From assembly GCA_965277805.1 (NCBI GenBank), contig OZ255842.1, positions 1,056,001 through 1,120,000 on the forward strand: a stretch of 64,000 nucleotides of DNA, in the 5' to 3' direction. Shown piece after piece: positions 63,340-64,000 of this stretch (position 1 is the stretch's first letter; the number at the start of each line of letters is the position of its first letter). Both the position numbers and the translations under genes were made by a program. Below the pieces are notes generated by a model. It made no database searches. It saw only the letters and a list, made by a program, of their open reading frames with translations, and was not told the origin of the DNA. The DNA is from Candidatus Lustribacter sp. (GTDB taxonomy: Bacteria; Vulcanimicrobiota; Vulcanimicrobiia; Vulcanimicrobiales; Vulcanimicrobiaceae).

Positions 63340-63713
63340 TCGGCGTCGCCGGCACGGCACCGATCGCGTCGCCCTACGGCATCGACGGACGGGGTCGCAC
63401 GGCCGAAACGACGCCTGATCAGCACATTCAAGATCTGATCGGCATGGTGCTGTTCACGGCGCCCGGACAGCGCGTGATGCGCCCGACGTTCGGCAGCGGC
63501 GTGCTCGGTCTCGTTTTCGCACCGACCGACGATTCCGTGGCGGCCACGACGCAGCTGCTGATTTCGAGCGCGTTGCAAACCTGGCTCGGAGCCTTGATCC
63601 AGCTCGGCGACGTGACGGTCACGAGCGAGGACTCGACGCTCTCGATCTCCGTGTCGTACACGATTCGCAGCTCCGGCACGCCGGCCGTCGCCACGTACAC
63701 GTACAGCCAATGA
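63336..63713 (+). CDS. GPW/gp25 baseplate wedge protein
   Basis: HIQDLI..VLFTAPGQRVMRPTFGSG. Confidence 0.88.
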   Translation: MIGVAGTAPIASPYGIDGRGRTAETTPDQHIQDLIGMVLFTAPGQRVMRPTFGSGVLGLVFAPTDDSVAATTQLLISSALQTWLGALIQLGDVTVTSEDSTLSISVSYTIRSSGTPAVATYTYSQ

Positions 63714-64000
63714 CGGCGACGCTAACGACCCCGCGCGACGACCGGCTCGCCCTCGTGCGCGAAGCGCGCGCCGATTCCGCGCTGACGCCGATCAACGGCA
63801 TCGACTTCATCGAGGTCGATCCGGCCGATGAAGGCACGCTCTTCGTCACCTTCGTGTACGACGTCGACACGACCGTCGATCCGCCGCTCGCGAGCGCGGT
63901 CGGAGCGCCGTTGGCGGCCGCGCAATTCAGCGTGCAGGGCGGCGAACGCATCACGCCCGTGACGGTTGCCTCGATCGGCCGCATCGCGAGCAACCAGCTA
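63710..64000 (+). CDS. Putative baseplate assembly (J-like) protein, 3'-truncated by window edge
   Basis: ATGA overlap; NGIDFIEV and I/V.GGERI motifs; open to the end of the window. Confidence 0.65.
   Translation, partial: MTATLTTPRDDRLALVREARADSALTPINGIDFIEVDPADEGTLFVTFVYDVDTTVDPPLASAVGAPLAAAQFSVQGGERITPVTVASIGRIASNQL

Noticed and set aside
53513-64000. Prophage
   Set aside because: Only tail/baseplate genes plus DUF4255 and an Afp15-like ATPase; no capsid, terminase, portal, integrase or lysis genes in view

Overview
High-GC bacterial chromosomal window. The Terrabacteria-type RpoC, TonB-dependent receptor, hopanoid genes and many orphan NMT1/SsuA-type binding proteins suggest Vulcanimicrobiota/Eremiobacterota; this is inference only. 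In order: 3' part of an RND pump; udgX; aromatic/heterocycle catabolic genes; stress genes (PP2C, ferritin-like); a hopanoid cluster (squalene synthase-like, hpnA, hpnH, polyprenyl synthase); two lipoproteins; a stand-alone rpoC with its own sigma70-like promoter and terminator and no adjacent rpoB; two frameshifted Rieske oxygenases; a hybrid kinase; a lower-GC defence island (HNH, membrane-anchored Mrr, McrBC); an amidohydrolase/cytosine deaminase operon with a deletion scar; a TonB-dependent receptor; and, from about 50.1 kb to the end, DUF262 plus two glycosyltransferase-like genes leading into an extracellular contractile injection system (eCIS) locus. The best candidate for a new system is this eCIS. 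A GT9-like enzyme with a Cys motif resembling autotransporter Ser-heptosyltransferases lies upstream of a sheath gene carrying a 19-Ser insert. Other observations: a REP-like repeat family, with one copy translated inside a gene and oriented base skew around copies; probable CTG starts; and a recurring GGGTA-N8/9-start motif. No tRNA, rRNA, CRISPR array or integrase was seen. All product calls come from motif recognition without database searches.
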